Virus record (IMG/VR): IMGVR_UViG_3300013285_000002
Location: 1-53,428 of that record
From: a virus
Taxonomy: Duplodnaviria > Caudoviricetes
Length of the DNA stretch: 53,428 bases
Reading direction: 5' to 3' (one strand)
The position numbers were made by a program, and so were the translations under genes. Of this stretch, positions 17,607 to 26,900 are shown piece after piece; position 1 is the first letter of the stretch, and every line of letters begins with the position of its first letter. Under the pieces are notes generated by a model. The model made no database searches and was not told where the DNA came from. It was given only the letters and a program-made list of their open reading frames with translations.

Positions 17607-17891
17607 GTGTCCGAAGACAACAGTAAAAAGAACGTATGGTTTGACCCAACTATCAACTTAGGTCACATCCTGACCTTCGTTGGATTTCTAATAGCTGGTT
17701 TTGCTGCATGGGGAACACTAGATAAAAGGCTCACAGTCATGGAAGAGAATCGCGGCTTTCAAAAAATGATTGACATCACCCAAGACCAGCGAGCGATTGA
17801 AGCCTACACAACACTTCGTGAATCATTGACAAGACTAGAACGTCAGGCTGAGCGTAACTCTGATCGACTGGACAAACTAGGAGTCCGATAA
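17607..17891 (+). CDS. Single-TM coiled-coil membrane protein (holin/antiholin-like)
   Basis: GTG start; TM segment ILTFVGFLIAGFAAW followed by a coiled coil; first gene of the lysis cassette. Confidence 0.6.
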   Translation: MSEDNSKKNVWFDPTINLGHILTFVGFLIAGFAAWGTLDKRLTVMEENRGFQKMIDITQDQRAIEAYTTLRESLTRLERQAERNSDRLDKLGVR

Positions 17892-18382
17892 TGGAATGGC
17901 TAAAGATGATTGCGCCAACGATTGCTACGGCTATCGGCGGCCCCTTCGGTACGATGGCTTACGGAATCATTGCTCACGAACTTGGCATTTCTTCTGATGA
18001 TGCTAAGGCTACGATTGAATCCGGTAAGTTAACTGCCGAACAGATTGCCTCTGTTCAATTGGCTGAGATTGCTTTGAAGGCTAAGGCTCAAGAGTTAAAT
18101 CTGAACTTTGAGCAACTTGCTGTTGACGACCGCAAGTCTGCACGGGATATGCAGTCATCCACAAAGAGCATTGTTCCCTCAATCCTTGCACTTGTTGTCA
18201 CGCTTGGCTTCTTCGGAATCCTTGGTGGCCTGATGTTCGGCGTTGTTCAAAAGAGTGATGCTCTGATGTTGATGTTGGGCAGCCTTGGTACTGCATGGAC
18301 TGGGATTGTTGCCTTCTACTTTGGTAGCAGCGCAAGCAGCCAAGTCAAGAGCGAGATGCTCTACAACTCTAAGCCAGTATGA
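17891..18382 (+). CDS. Holin (multi-TM)
   Basis: IAPTIATAIGGP N-terminus, DRKSAR, two C-terminal TM segments ending FYFGSS; adjacent to the endolysin. Confidence 0.75.
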   Translation: MEWLKMIAPTIATAIGGPFGTMAYGIIAHELGISSDDAKATIESGKLTAEQIASVQLAEIALKAKAQELNLNFEQLAVDDRKSARDMQSSTKSIVPSILALVVTLGFFGILGGLMFGVVQKSDALMLMLGSLGTAWTGIVAFYFGSSASSQVKSEMLYNSKPV

Positions 18383-18840
18383 ACCTCTCAGAACACTTTG
18401 ATCTAGCTGAAGCTACCTACTCAGAGACAGCTATTCGGCTTGGTTTAGACAACCAGCCAACTCCTGAGATTCTTCAGAACATGGTATTCGCTGCATCAAA
18501 GATGGAGCAGGTACGTTCACTACTTGGATTTCCAGTCAACGTTAATTCTTGGCTTCGTCTTCCAGATGTAAACGTTGCTGTTGGTGGATCAAAGATTTCA
18601 TCTCACATGGATGGGTGGGCAATTGACCTTACCTGCAAATCCTTTGGGAACCCACTAGCTATTTGCAAACAGATAGCCCAATCTGGCATCAAGTTTGACC
18701 AGATGATTCATGAGTTTGGTAGCTGGACTCACATCTCATTTGCTCCCGCAATGCGTCAGCAGCAACTTACGATCTTTCGTCCACAAATGAAGTACGTTAC
18801 TGGACTCTATTCCAGCGATGAGTACGCACAACTTGCATAA
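18379..18840 (+). CDS. Endolysin, peptidase M15 family
   Basis: LSEHF.L.E, SWLR...N.AVGG...SSHM.G.A.D, DQMIHE, WTHIS zinc-peptidase motifs. Confidence 0.9.
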   Translation: MNLSEHFDLAEATYSETAIRLGLDNQPTPEILQNMVFAASKMEQVRSLLGFPVNVNSWLRLPDVNVAVGGSKISSHMDGWAIDLTCKSFGNPLAICKQIAQSGIKFDQMIHEFGSWTHISFAPAMRQQQLTIFRPQMKYVTGLYSSDEYAQLA

Positions 18841-18853
18841 GTAGGAATCACAA

Positions 18854-20668
18854 ATGGCTGGACTAAAGCTGCAAGCATTCGCAGGTATCGTTCCAAAGAA
18901 GAGCGCATATCTGTTGCAGGACACTGAGGCCCAGATCGCATCCAACACAAAATTATCTAGTGGCGAGATTCGCTCATGGCGCAAGCCGGGATCAGTATTC
19001 CCAAAAGTCATCTCAGCTTTTGAGCCTACATCAATCTACCGGATGAACAATGTCTCTGGCGATAGCATCTGGCTTGCATGGCCCACTGATGTTGATGTAG
19101 CTCCCGGCCCAATCTATGACTCTGGAAGCCCGATCTACTACACGGGTGACGGCCTGCCAAAGAAGACGAATGCTGCAATGGCCTCATCTACTGGTTCTGC
19201 ATTTCCAGCCGACTATTTGTTAATGGGTGTGCCAACTCCAACAGTCGCTCCAACAGTTAGCTCAACAGATGGTGCTGCTGTAACTGGCTCAACTACTGAA
19301 ACTCGAACTTATCTGTACACCTACATTTCAATGTTTGGTGCAATTGCTGAAGAGTCTGCGCCTTCGCCAGCTTCTGCCTTGGTGAATGTGCTACCCAATG
19401 GGACTGTCAACATTTCAGGTCTTCCATCGGCTGCCCCGTCTGGAAAGTACAACATCACAAGTGTTCGTGTTTACCGATCTGTTACCGGAACATCCTCAAC
19501 TATCTTCCTAAAAGTTGCAGATGTTGCGATTGGGACTACAACCCTGCATGACACACTGTTGGCTACATCACTAGGTGTCAGCCTCCCATCGACTACATGG
19601 TCTCCGCCTCCAGATGGCTTGACTGGATTGGTTGGAATGGCTAACGGCATCATGGCCGGTTTTGTTGGCAACCAGATTTACTTCTGTGAGCCATTCAAGC
19701 CCCATGCTTGGCCTCCTGAATACGGCCTCTCAGTTGAGTTCCCTGTTGTCGGGCTAGCTGCCTATGGCTCTTCATTGGTTGTGGCAACCAAGGGTAATCC
19801 GTTCATCATAACGGGCACTAACCCAGCAGCGATGAGTCAGGACAAGCTTCCACTGTATGAACCTTGCATGTCTAAGCGGTCTATCGCTAGTGACGAGCAG
19901 GGTGCAATGTATGCCTCACCCAACGGCATCATTAAAATTGGCCCATCAATTGCTGACAATGTTTCAAGGAATCTGTTTACTCGTGATGAGTGGTCTGCCT
20001 ATAACCCAGTCTCCATGATTGGTGAAGTTCAGGATGGTCGCTACTTCTTGTTTTATACAGTTGGCGATGTTCATGGTGGATTGATCTTAGATCGAAATTC
20101 AGTGGCATCTCCTTTGACGCTGGTAACAACCTATGCAACAGCACTCCATACTGACCCTGTAAATGCAAAGCTTTACATTGCAGAAGACTCAGAGATAAAA
20201 GGGTGGGACTCAGACCTTGTGAACTATCTGAGTTATGAGTGGAAGTCAAAGATTTTCGTACTGCCGCGCCCACTAAACTTTGGTGCAGCACAGATCAATG
20301 GCGACTTCAGTCTTGTTAACTCTGCTGCAAATCTACAGTCATTACTCGACTACCTAAGATTGCAGAACAATGCGCTATGGACATCTGTTGGCGGCCTGCT
20401 TGGTACTCTGAACAAGACACCACTCAATACATTTACTGTTGACGGCTCTGTCATGATCCCTCTGCCAAGCGCTATTGATACGCCATTTGTCCTACTGTCT
20501 GTTTATGGCGATGGTCTTTTGCGTGCGCAAGTACAGGTAAACAGTGACAAGCCGTTCCGTCTACCCTCTGGATATAAAGCCGATCAGTGGGAATTTGTAG
20601 TCACCGGCAATGTCCCAATCCGGTTCATCAAGATTGCTGAGACTTCAAAAGAGCTTGTCAACATCTAA
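18854..20668 (+). CDS. Tail nozzle / DNA stabilisation protein (tail tubular B-like)
   Basis: 604 aa, beta-propeller-like; FCEP..PHAWP, YASPNG, WKSK.F, FRLPSG motifs. Confidence 0.8.
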   Translation: MAGLKLQAFAGIVPKKSAYLLQDTEAQIASNTKLSSGEIRSWRKPGSVFPKVISAFEPTSIYRMNNVSGDSIWLAWPTDVDVAPGPIYDSGSPIYYTGDGLPKKTNAAMASSTGSAFPADYLLMGVPTPTVAPTVSSTDGAAVTGSTTETRTYLYTYISMFGAIAEESAPSPASALVNVLPNGTVNISGLPSAAPSGKYNITSVRVYRSVTGTSSTIFLKVADVAIGTTTLHDTLLATSLGVSLPSTTWSPPPDGLTGLVGMANGIMAGFVGNQIYFCEPFKPHAWPPEYGLSVEFPVVGLAAYGSSLVVATKGNPFIITGTNPAAMSQDKLPLYEPCMSKRSIASDEQGAMYASPNGIIKIGPSIADNVSRNLFTRDEWSAYNPVSMIGEVQDGRYFLFYTVGDVHGGLILDRNSVASPLTLVTTYATALHTDPVNAKLYIAEDSEIKGWDSDLVNYLSYEWKSKIFVLPRPLNFGAAQINGDFSLVNSAANLQSLLDYLRLQNNALWTSVGGLLGTLNKTPLNTFTVDGSVMIPLPSAIDTPFVLLSVYGDGLLRAQVQVNSDKPFRLPSGYKADQWEFVVTGNVPIRFIKIAETSKELVNI

Positions 20669-20671
20669 GGA

Positions 20672-20878
20672 GTGGCAATGAAAAAGCCAGCAATTCCATC
20701 CATCATTGGAGTAACAGACACAGCCACAATTCGAATCTTGGCCGCTCTGAAAGAGAACGTTGAACTAATCAACGGTACTCGTGAAGGTGCAATCCAGAAG
20801 ATACCAGTTGGTGCTAGTTTGTACGTCTGCGTGGAGAAGATCAATGAGATAATTGGTCGGCTCAATGCAACCGGATGA
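20672..20878 (+). CDS. Small hypothetical tail protein
   Basis: KKPAIP...ALKENVE.I.G.R; RBS aaggag. Confidence 0.7.
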   Translation: MAMKKPAIPSIIGVTDTATIRILAALKENVELINGTREGAIQKIPVGASLYVCVEKINEIIGRLNATG

Positions 20879-21356
20879 ATCAATGGAATCCGAACAAACT
20901 CATGGTGAATTGTCTGCCGTAGAGAAGCAGCTTCAAGCTATACGCAAGGAAGGGGTCAGGGCAAAAGTGATAGCCCTTGAGCATGAGTGCTCAAAGCAGC
21001 CCCAACTTGAAGTGGATACCCGACACTACTTTTCTCGTGGCGTCTATGCAAGGGAGATGCGAGTCCAAGCCGGGGCAGTTGTAACCGGAAGAATTCACAA
21101 GCATAGTCAGATCAACATCCTTTCTCAAGGGAAGGTATCTGTTGTCACTGATAACGGCCTCATCACTGTGTCAGCACCTTACACGCTAGTAGCTGAGCCT
21201 GGAGCAAAGAGAGCTTTCTACGTTCATGAGGATTGTGTTTGGACAACAATCTGTGGAACACAAACAATTGACATCGAACTACTCGAAGACGAATTGACAT
21301 CAGAGTCATTTGAGTCTTATGAAGACTTCCGTCTCGAATACAAAGAGGATAAATAG
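20865..21356 (+). CDS. Cupin-fold protein
   Basis: HYFSRGVYARE....GAVVTGRIHK.....ILSQG, PGAKR, EDCVWTT motifs. Confidence 0.75.
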   Translation: MQPDESMESEQTHGELSAVEKQLQAIRKEGVRAKVIALEHECSKQPQLEVDTRHYFSRGVYAREMRVQAGAVVTGRIHKHSQINILSQGKVSVVTDNGLITVSAPYTLVAEPGAKRAFYVHEDCVWTTICGTQTIDIELLEDELTSESFESYEDFRLEYKEDK

Positions 21357-21357
21357 C

Positions 21358-22491
21358 ATGGCATTTTTTACATATGTTGCAGCCGCCGTTGGTGGCTCAT
21401 TACTTTCTGGAATGATGAGTGGCGGTGGGTCATCATCAGATGGTAGCGCTGGTGCTGCTGCAAGTGCTGCCGCAACGACTGATGTTGCAAACATTCAGGC
21501 AAAAACAGCAAGCGACTACTTGGATTTTCAGAAGCAACAGTACGCTGACATGAAGCCTATCGCTGTCGCTGCATCTGCTGCACAGACTGCAACTGCAAAC
21601 CAACAAGCCGCCACTGCAACGGCTAATGATGCTCGCGCTGCTGACTATGCTGCCTATGACAAGAGTACATTCCGCCCACTGGAGCAGGGCATTGTCAATG
21701 ACGCCAACAGTTTCGACACCACTGCAAAGCAGAATGATCTTGCTCGTCAAGGTGTTGCTGATGTTGCTACAGCCTATGACACTCAGCGGAAAAATGCCTT
21801 GGACACAATGTCCAGCTATGGCATCAATCCAAACTCCAACAGATTTGCTGCAATCAACTCTCAGTTGAGCCAAGGTCAGGCGGCGGCTGGTGCTGGTGCT
21901 GCTACGAATGCCCGCTCTCAGGCTGAGCAGATGGGCTATGCCCGTAAGCTAGATGCTGCATCTCTTGGTCGTAACTTAGCTGCCAATGCCTCGACTGCTT
22001 ACGGTGTTTCAATCAATGCTGGTAACTCATCATCAGCAAACAATACTGCGGCTTACAACACTGCGGCTGCACCCGGTGCAACCCTTGCTGCTGGCATGAA
22101 CACATCTAGCTCCATGCTTGGTAATGCTGCCAACTCGTACTATGGCGCTGGCAACCTCTACAGCCAACAGTACAAAACATCATCTGCCAACAGTTCTGCT
22201 GCAATGAGTGGCCTTGGTTCAATTGCTGGTCAATGGGCTGGCTCTACTGCTGGCTCCGCTGCTATTGCGGCAATGGCCGATGGTGGCGATGTACACAAAG
22301 GTGCAGGCCGTGTTCGTGGAATTGGTGGGCCAGTCGATGACAAGGTTCCGGCCATGCTCTCCAATGGTGAGTACGTCATTCCCGCAGACACTGCAAAAGC
22401 AATTGGTATCTCCCGCCTAGACAAACTCGTCAAACAGACTCACACGCCTGCCGCTACCCAGCGTCGTCGCGCACTCACTCAAGGAGCTTAA
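21358..22491 (+). CDS. Internal virion / DNA ejection (pilot) protein
   Basis: Ala/Gly/Ser-rich with a hydrophobic N-terminus; C-terminal ADGG..VRGIGG..DDKVPAMLSNGEYVIPAD. Confidence 0.7.
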   Translation: MAFFTYVAAAVGGSLLSGMMSGGGSSSDGSAGAAASAAATTDVANIQAKTASDYLDFQKQQYADMKPIAVAASAAQTATANQQAATATANDARAADYAAYDKSTFRPLEQGIVNDANSFDTTAKQNDLARQGVADVATAYDTQRKNALDTMSSYGINPNSNRFAAINSQLSQGQAAAGAGAATNARSQAEQMGYARKLDAASLGRNLAANASTAYGVSINAGNSSSANNTAAYNTAAAPGATLAAGMNTSSSMLGNAANSYYGAGNLYSQQYKTSSANSSAAMSGLGSIAGQWAGSTAGSAAIAAMADGGDVHKGAGRVRGIGGPVDDKVPAMLSNGEYVIPADTAKAIGISRLDKLVKQTHTPAATQRRRALTQGA

Positions 22492-22493
22492 TC

Positions 22494-23888
22494 ATGGGAT
22501 TTGGTTTAGGATTCGGCGCATTTGTTTCTGGCGCAACAGATGGTTATGACCGCAGTCGTGCTCGCACTCGTGCTGATGAGCAGGATAAATGGCTTCGCGA
22601 GGATCACGATGAAAAGGTTCGCCTTCGTGATGAGACGAAAAACTTTGCAACAGATATGGAGTCCATTCAAAAGAGCCGGATGAGTGGTGGTATTCCCGGT
22701 GTTGATGGCCTTAGCCCAGAGGGTCAGGCTTTCATAGATCAAGGCAACGCTAGCTATGACCGTGTTGAGGCTGCTCGTCTCGGAAAGACTCCTGCCACAT
22801 CAGCTATCGCCCCACCGGTTGACAGTAGCGTTGCTCCAACAGATGCTCCAGCTACAGGTGTTTCAAGCCCTAATGCTGCACCAGTTCAGTCTGCCCAGAC
22901 GACTCAAGCTGCACCAAATACTCCAAGTCTTTCTCGCACAGAGCAGCAAAACAAAATGTTTCAGAATGGGTCTGGCCTTTACGCAAATCAAAGCTCTGCT
23001 GACGGCGCTTACTACAAGCAAGTTGAAGACAGGACTGCAAAGTACCTGTATGCGACTGGTCAAGGCGACCGTGTTCCAGCACTGAAGAAACAGATTCAGG
23101 ATATGCAGCAACAAGAGTACGAGCCGTTGCGCCAAGCTGCTGCTGATGCGCTTGCAGTTGGTGCTCCCAATGCACTTGAGCTTGTATCAAAAGCTTCCCG
23201 TGCTAGTGGTTACGGTGCAAACATTGACCCATCTTCAGGTTCGTATGATGCAAAGACTCAGACTTGGAAAGGCGTATCCGTAACTGATCCATCAGGTAAG
23301 ACGGAAAAGCATGACCTCACAATGTCAAGCTTGCTTGTTGGTCTTCACCAAGTTACTCCTGCTGCTGCCGTAGCAATGAACTTCGGTAGGACTGATGCAG
23401 AGTTCGACAAAGGAATCAAGGAGCGTACAACTGCAAGTGGTGAAATGACTGCACGTAGTAATGCTGCTGTTGCTAAAGCAACTGTTGATATCAAGGGCAT
23501 TGCCGTCAGCAATCAAACGATGGCTCTTGAAAATCATCGGAATTCAGCACAGGCCGAAATTGAACGAAAGCGTGAAGGCCAGTTCACCAAGGAACTTGAG
23601 ACTGATCTATTCCGTGGTAAAGACCCATCAATGATGAAGCCAGCCGATCAAGAGAAGCTAACTCGGACAGCTTCTATCGCAAGGAATCTTTTTGCTGTTC
23701 CCGGTAATGAGAGCTTGAATGCAGCTACGCTTGCTGGAGTGGCGCGTGGTCTAGGTAATGGCAGTGCTCGTGTAACAGAGTTGCCAGCATCTGCACCAGA
23801 GGCTCAGCGCAAAGGCTTCCTACAGGCCGAGTATGCAGGGGCAACGATCTTGATCCCACGTAGCACTCTCCAACAATCGACAAAATAA
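22494..23888 (+). CDS. Putative internal virion / ejection protein
   Basis: Gly-rich N-terminus; 464 aa; lies between the pilot and giant proteins. Confidence 0.6.
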   Translation: MGFGLGFGAFVSGATDGYDRSRARTRADEQDKWLREDHDEKVRLRDETKNFATDMESIQKSRMSGGIPGVDGLSPEGQAFIDQGNASYDRVEAARLGKTPATSAIAPPVDSSVAPTDAPATGVSSPNAAPVQSAQTTQAAPNTPSLSRTEQQNKMFQNGSGLYANQSSADGAYYKQVEDRTAKYLYATGQGDRVPALKKQIQDMQQQEYEPLRQAAADALAVGAPNALELVSKASRASGYGANIDPSSGSYDAKTQTWKGVSVTDPSGKTEKHDLTMSSLLVGLHQVTPAAAVAMNFGRTDAEFDKGIKERTTASGEMTARSNAAVAKATVDIKGIAVSNQTMALENHRNSAQAEIERKREGQFTKELETDLFRGKDPSMMKPADQEKLTRTASIARNLFAVPGNESLNAATLAGVARGLGNGSARVTELPASAPEAQRKGFLQAEYAGATILIPRSTLQQSTK

Positions 23889-23906
23889 ATTAGGGGTGAA
23901 ATCTTC

Positions 23907-26900
23907 ATGGCATCTGGACTCAACGATTTAGGTAGTGATGATTTTCTAGATCAAGGTGATTCGTCGCCCGACATCTTTAAGACATTTGCAGAGGCTAACC
24001 AGCAAGTAAATACAAGGGCATCTGAGCTTCGGCTTGGACGCCCTGTTGCTGATAAGCCACCAGAACAGTTCGCCATGAATGACGCAAAGCCATTCACATA
24101 CACGCCACTTTTTAACGACTTGGCTCCAACTAAAGAGGCCCAGACAAAAGCTCCTGTCAGTGATGGAGGGTTTGCTTACACCCCGTTGTTTTCAGACCTT
24201 GAGCCAAAGAAGGCTGAATCCAATCCATTCATGCACGGCCTTAAAAGTGGTGGTATTGATTCTGCAAAGGAGTCTGCTGTTGGTGGTGCTGCACTGATTG
24301 CTCACACTGTTGGAGCAAAAGACACTGCTGATAAGCTGTTCACTAATCTCCAAGGTATGCAGAAGGAGTCTGAAGCTAACTCAAAAGAGTATGAGTCGTT
24401 TAGCAATGTGACGAGTGGGAAGGCTTCGTTTGGTGACTTCTTTGGTCATTGGGCTGGCTATGCTGTAGGTCAGGCGGCACAGACTGTTGCTGTTGCTGCT
24501 GCCGGTGCTGCTGTTGGCTCTGTTATCCCCGGTGCTGGTACTGCCGCTGGTGCTATCGGTGGGGTATTCGAGCGTGGCGTTGCGCAAGAGGGTATCAAGA
24601 AGCTTGTCGCCTCAAAGATGGAAGGCATGGTTGCCAAGAATATTGCTGAGAACACAGCAAAAGGAATGGCCTTGGCAGAGGCTGAGACCCTTGCATACCA
24701 ACAATCTGCCAAGACTGTGTTCCGGGAGATTGGTGTTGCCGCTGCGGTGACTGGACAGAACGTAATGATGGAAGGCTCATCCATCTATAGCGATGCTCGT
24801 GGAGATGCTGAGAAGCGTGGAGAGGAAGTTAACCTTGGTCGTGTATGGACTGGCACTATCTTGGCTGCCGCTACTGAATCAGCAATGGACTTTGTTGGCT
24901 TGAAGGGAATTCAGAAAGCTGCTGGTGGTGGCAACGTCTTTAAGAATATCGCGGTCGAATCATTCAAGGGCGGATTGCGAGAAGGATCAACGGAAGCCGT
25001 TCAAACAGGCTTCGAGAGATTTGGTGCTGGCCGTGACCTAGCTTCATCAGAAGCAATCCATGACTACATTGACAGTGCTGCTGCTGGCGCTGTTGGTGGT
25101 GTAATGTTTGGATCGGCAAAAGGTACGATGAAGTCGATGCGCGGAGAGCAAGACACCAATGAGAAGATGACAGTTGAGCAAGCCCGTGCAACTGTTGTTC
25201 AGCAATTAGATTCTGATGAAGGTCGTCGAACTCTTTACGACAGCATGATGGAAGACCCAAGGGTAGCTGCTGCACTGAAGCTATCTGGTATTGAGTCACA
25301 TGAAGACCCACGTTTTGACAAAGTAGTCATGCGCTCAATCAAAACATCACAAGCTCTTGAGGGGCTTGATGTTCCAACAGCCGAAGAGATTTCACAGAAA
25401 ACCAAAGATAGGAAGGCTGATTCGCAGGCTGCCTTTGGTGATACTGCCTCAACAGCTACTGGCGTGGGTACTGGTGCAAATGAACCAGTGATTCGACGCG
25501 ACTCCGTTACTCCAAACTTGGAGACAAAGACTCTCGACGGAGAAGCCAAGCCTGCAACCCTGACAACTGATGGAAGCGCTATCGCCATGTCCGGTGAGGA
25601 TATGGTTTCCCGTCAAGGTGGTTGGGAACCAGTGCCGCTTCAGGCTGAAGGCAAGGCAATCAATAACAGCTTCGTCTCACCTCAATTGGCCGAGACATTT
25701 ATGTATGGAACCAAAGACCCTGCCACTGGCAAACGGTCTGGTGGTTACGCCGAGTCTGCAACAGATACTGAGTTCCAGATTCGCAAAGCAAAGCGGTCGA
25801 AAGAGGCTGGCGGTGGAAACTTCTATTTCGTAGAGGGACGTGCCAAGAGTTCCGCAAGTACGACCGACCTCAAAAATACAAACACTGCTGGCTTTACTCC
25901 TGAGTCATCGACTCAAGTTCAGGCGCAAGTTGATGCAGTAAAGGATGGCCGAAAAGTTGCGGCCATTACTGGTGAGCAGGAGTCTAAGTCTGTTAACTCT
26001 GATGGCCTGACTACTGCGATTGTCAAAGACCCTGAGACTGGTTTGTCTTCTGCCGTCTACTCAAAAGACAAGGGCGTTGGCAAGAAGGTTCAGAAGCGCA
26101 TTGGAGAAGTTGGCCTCAAGCAGTCAATGGGTGAGGTGCTTGGATATGTTGAGCCGGGTGCTACTACAAACCCAGATGTGAGTAGCGTTGTTGTTAGGCA
26201 GACAGACAACACAAGTGGTGAAGTAATCCAAGAGCAAGTTGTTACTCCTGCAAACGTCTCCAAGATTCCAGCGATCAAGGGCACGAAGAATGAAGTTGTG
26301 ACTGTTGCAAAGGCGCAAGCTGACAGAAAGCAAAAAAGCGAACAAGTTACTGAACAAGTCAAACAGACTAAACCAGTCAAACAGACTGTTGAGCAGAACC
26401 TAAAAGACAAAGAAACTGAGCGCAAAAAAGCCAAAGCAGAAAAGGAAGTATCAGATGCCAAGTCCGTTCAAGCCGACCCCACTCCTACCAAAGATGAAGT
26501 TGCCAAAAGCACGCCTCCCGAAAAACCCGCTGCAAAAGCTGACAAAGCAGTTGAGCCGACAAAGCAAGCTGCCCCAGTCAAAGATGCCAAAGTAGTTGAG
26601 AAGAAAGAGGCTGCCCCCAAAGTCTCAAAATCTGCGGTACGTGAAGGCGCTATTGAATCGTGGGAAGACAATGATGATGGCAAAGCTGCACACACTCCGT
26701 TTGAGAAGCTATCCAAAGAGAATCAAGATGCTTGGCTTGCGGCCTACTCACCGGATGACGGAGAGGCCTCCTATTCAACTGCGCTCTATCATGATGAATT
26801 GGTACAGCGTGACCTCCGTGCGGCCCGTGTTGAGCGATCTAACAAGCGTGTGGCCGATGCTCGCGCCTCAGATGAAGACCTGAACGCAACCTTCCGCGTA

